A DNA stretch of 64,000 bases, from positions 4,092,001 through 4,156,000 of the forward strand of contig JAWMAR010000098.1 in the NCBI GenBank assembly GCA_036785375.1. Reading direction: 5' to 3'. This DNA comes from Leucoraja ocellata. Taxonomy: Eukaryota. A program made the translations under genes and the position numbers. The notes beneath the pieces are model-generated. The model did not search any database and was not told the DNA's origin. It saw nothing but the letters and a program-made list of their open reading frames with translations. Of the stretch, positions 61,104-64,000 are shown piece by piece. Position 1 is the stretch's first letter. Each line of letters begins with the position of its first letter.

Positions 61104-61405
61104 AGCTGCTGTCTCACAATGCCAAGACCCAGGTTCAAATTTAACCTACGCTGCTGTCTGTGTGGGGTTCACATGTTCTCTATGTGACTCACTGTATAGG
61201 TTTCCTATGGCTGTTCTGGTAACCACTCATATCGAAAATTATGGGTTGATAAGCCCATTTTCCCCTCTAAATTGCCTCGAGTACAGACGTGACTGGTCAA
61301 ATCAAGGGAAGGGGTTAATGGGAATGGGAAGAGAAAAAGATACAATAAAAATTGTTGGTGAATGGCTGTGAGTTAGCATTTACATGATGGGTGGAATGGC
61401 CTTTT
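61104..61405 (+). mobile_element. Old tRNA-derived SINE
   Basis: gctgctgtctcacaatgccaagacccaggttcaaat...gatgggtggaatggcct. Confidence 0.7.
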
Positions 61406-62033
61406 GTGACATCTTGAGAAATGAAAAGGGAATTGAGTAATGATATGAGAATAAAAAGTCACACGTTAGTCTTTTGATCGGAATCGAATATTTCTTGGCC
61501 AGCCATAGCTGACTATTTTTCATCTAACTAGACCAATTATGCATAATTGTTAATAGTTATGTGCAATGTACCGGCAGACCATTCTACTAAAGAAAGGTTT
61601 GGAAAAGAGCTACTTGCTATCGTTCATTGAAAAAAATTATCTCCCTTTAATTATTTTAAATAATAAATGATAATTTATTTGTATGTGTACACGTTTCACA
61701 AAGGGAAATTAAAGTGATCAAAACATTTGTGACATCATTTAAACTTTTCACTGAGTTTGGTGCTTTTCAGTCACTCTTTGGAGTCTATTGTATTTAATAT
61801 ATTAAAAATTAATTTAGCAATTACTCTCCTGTCTACAAACATTACTTTCCGTTCTCATGCTTTGCTTGAACATCAGGATTACATCCTCTGTTATAAATTC
61901 CTAGCTTCATATATAATAGTAATTCCCTAAGTAAACTAATCACAATGTTGTTGCACTTTTCCACAAAAGGGACCATTTTACATCCTTCAATTGCAGAAAT
62001 ACACATGTTCTCCATCTCGATCTACATACCAGC

Positions 62034-62141
62034 TTCCCTAATGACCTTAATTTTGCTCCTTTACTGTGAATGTTTGCTTGGATTTGACTGGTAAATGCCA
62101 ACGTTTCTGAATGTTGAATCAGCATTCAGACCCTGTATCGA
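62034..62141 (+). repeat. 108-bp direct repeat, copy 1
   Basis: Matches 63211-63318 with one mismatch. Confidence 0.95.
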
Positions 62142-62364
62142 CCAAAACCTGGTTTGGGATCTGCAAATCATTGATTGCCCATCTCTGGGGAAAAGGGAGG
62201 CAACGGTGGAGAAACAGGGCGAGGGTTCCTTTCAAAAAAATTGTTTTATTATTTTTATTATTTTTTTTATCATTTCAATTGTTTCAATTCGATTATTATG
62301 AAATTTTATTTGAAACAACTTACTTCGCGTTTAATAGTGCTTGAAAGTTTCTGCATTCAGTGCT

Positions 62365-62780
62365 TTATGAAGAGGTTGGGCAGGTGTGGACTTTATTCCT
62401 TGCAGTGCAGGAGGGTGAGGGGTGATCATATGGAGATGTATAAAGTTATAAGGAAATAAATAAGATGAATGGACAGTCTTTTTCCCAGTGGAGGGGGTGT
62501 CAAGAATCAGAGGACGGAGGTTTAAGGTGAAAGGGGGAATATTTAATAGGAATCTGAGAGGCAACATTATTACTCATGGATGAATGGAAGGAGCTGCCGC
62601 ATGAGGTAGTTGAGGCGGGTACTGTAACAGCATTTAAAGAACACTTGGACAGGTACTTGGATAGGAAAGGTTTTGAGGGACGTGGGCAAATGTGGCATGT
62701 GGACCCGAGATAGGACTTGTGGGTCGGCAAGGATGAATTGGGCCAAAGACAACAAGAATGGTATTTTCTAGTGTGTTTGT
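62365..62780 (+). mobile_element. CR1 LINE 3' fragment
   Basis: KRLGRCGLYSLQCRRVRGDHMEMYKVI; aggtttaaggtga; gcatttaaagaacacttggacaggtacttggatagg. Confidence 0.85.
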
Positions 62781-63179
62781 GATTCATGCTGCCATGTGGG
62801 TTTTTCAGTGATGTAAATACCAGCTACCTTCACCGCACCTCAAGACATCACCGCACTGATGGATTCTCCAGTACACCATTACACTGATAGTTGCGCAGGC
62901 CACACTCATGGAGCTTGCGGCAATTTACATCAGCAGAATAGGTCCTCTGCATCTTAACTACTTAGTAAGTACAGGTGATGGTGGACAGAAATTGCAAGTA
63001 GCAGATTATACCAAGAAGACTTTAGTCAATCTCAAACTTTGTTCAAATGTTTGTATAACTATAAAGAGGAGACAGAATATCATTGACAAGCCTTTATCCA
63101 AAATACGCACATAAGGAAGGGGTGTTATATATAAAATATGTAAAATGCCTTTCCCATCATCGCCTGAATGATTGACAGG

Positions 63180-63201
63180 AAATAATAATAATAATAATAA
63201 T
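63180..63201. repeat. (AAT)n microsatellite
   Basis: aataataataataataataat. Confidence 0.9.
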
Positions 63202-63210
63202 GTTATTATG

Positions 63211-63318
63211 TTCCCTAATGACCTTAATTTTGCTCCTTTACTGTGAATGTTTGCTTGGATTTGACTGGTAAATGCCAACGTTTCTGAATGTTGAATCAGC
63301 TTTCAGACCCTGTATCGA
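63211..63318 (+). repeat. 108-bp direct repeat, copy 2
   Basis: Matches 62034-62141 with one mismatch. Confidence 0.95.
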
Positions 63319-63329
63319 AATATCATAAC

Positions 63330-64000
63330 TATGTCAATATTTGAAGTAGGATGGCATCACTCCCTGAGCAGACTAGACAAAGTTGTCCCAAGAGTGACAA
63401 ACCTCCCATTATTGGAGACGCAACCACTATTCCTTCTCACTTCCAAACCTCTAACCAGGTCCCAATGTCCCCAGTTACAGTATACACCCAAAATCAATTC
63501 TCTCTCGCTCCTGAATGCTGATCTTACTCCAGACCAACTGATCAACTTCAAAACCCAGTCATAATCATTCCCCCCATGAACCCAAAACCTTATCCTCATC
63601 CGCTAATCTTCCCAACAACTAATCGTGCCTTGGACCCTCCTATCGCACTCCTGACTTTCCAATCATGTATCTGACCTCCAATCGGTTTCCCAAAAGAGAA
63701 TCCTGCTCCAAACCTCCAAACACTCTACCAATGGTCCAAACATGTTCTCAATACTTCAGTCTTGCACCTGATCACGCATGAAATTCCCAAACCCTGATTT
63801 CGAAGTCCATGATGTTGAAGGCACTGTTGTCCACTCTACACCATAGCTCCTACACAAATCCAAGAGGCACCTGAACCATCAGGTTCATATGGCCATTGAT
63901 ACCTCCTTCTCTGACCTGGCCTCTATCCCAGGAGGAACAGTTTCACCAAGTGAAATACACAAAGCTCTTTTAACCACACCAGCTGCCTTGGACTGGAGAT
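63330..64000 (-). mobile_element. Probable very decayed LINE relic (CR1 ORF1 esterase-like)
   Basis: Antisense GFGFMG-like segment near 63580 and HV-x-T-IG-like segment near 63735; weak. Confidence 0.3.

Overview
This is AT-rich vertebrate genomic DNA with no recognisable protein-coding exon, probably intronic or intergenic. The repeat content points to a cartilaginous fish, probably a skate or ray; this is an inference from recalled repeat consensus sequences, not a database search. The repeats include HE1/V-SINE-like tRNA SINEs, HER1/CR1 LINEs, Rex1/Babar and RTE relics and SacSINE1-like fragments. Transposon-dense blocks alternate with repeat-poor blocks that resemble conserved non-coding regulatory DNA (about 12.1-17.4, 33-36.4 and 52-61 kb). 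The most notable system is a family of Neptune-type Penelope-like (GIY-YIG) retroelements with about 20 copies. Their terminal repeat carries a minimal type I hammerhead ribozyme motif (CTGAAGA-A-GGGT-CTCG-ACCC-GAAAC-GTC). Many copies are 95-190 bp insertions with 9-14 bp target-site duplications (TSDs) that start almost exactly at the ribozyme, and several are fold-back insertions that turn around inside it. Also present are three PIF/Harbinger-like MITE families sharing one terminus, a TIR element with a 7-bp TSD, a Helitron-like element, perfect palindromes and local duplications. Coordinates of decayed repeats are approximate.
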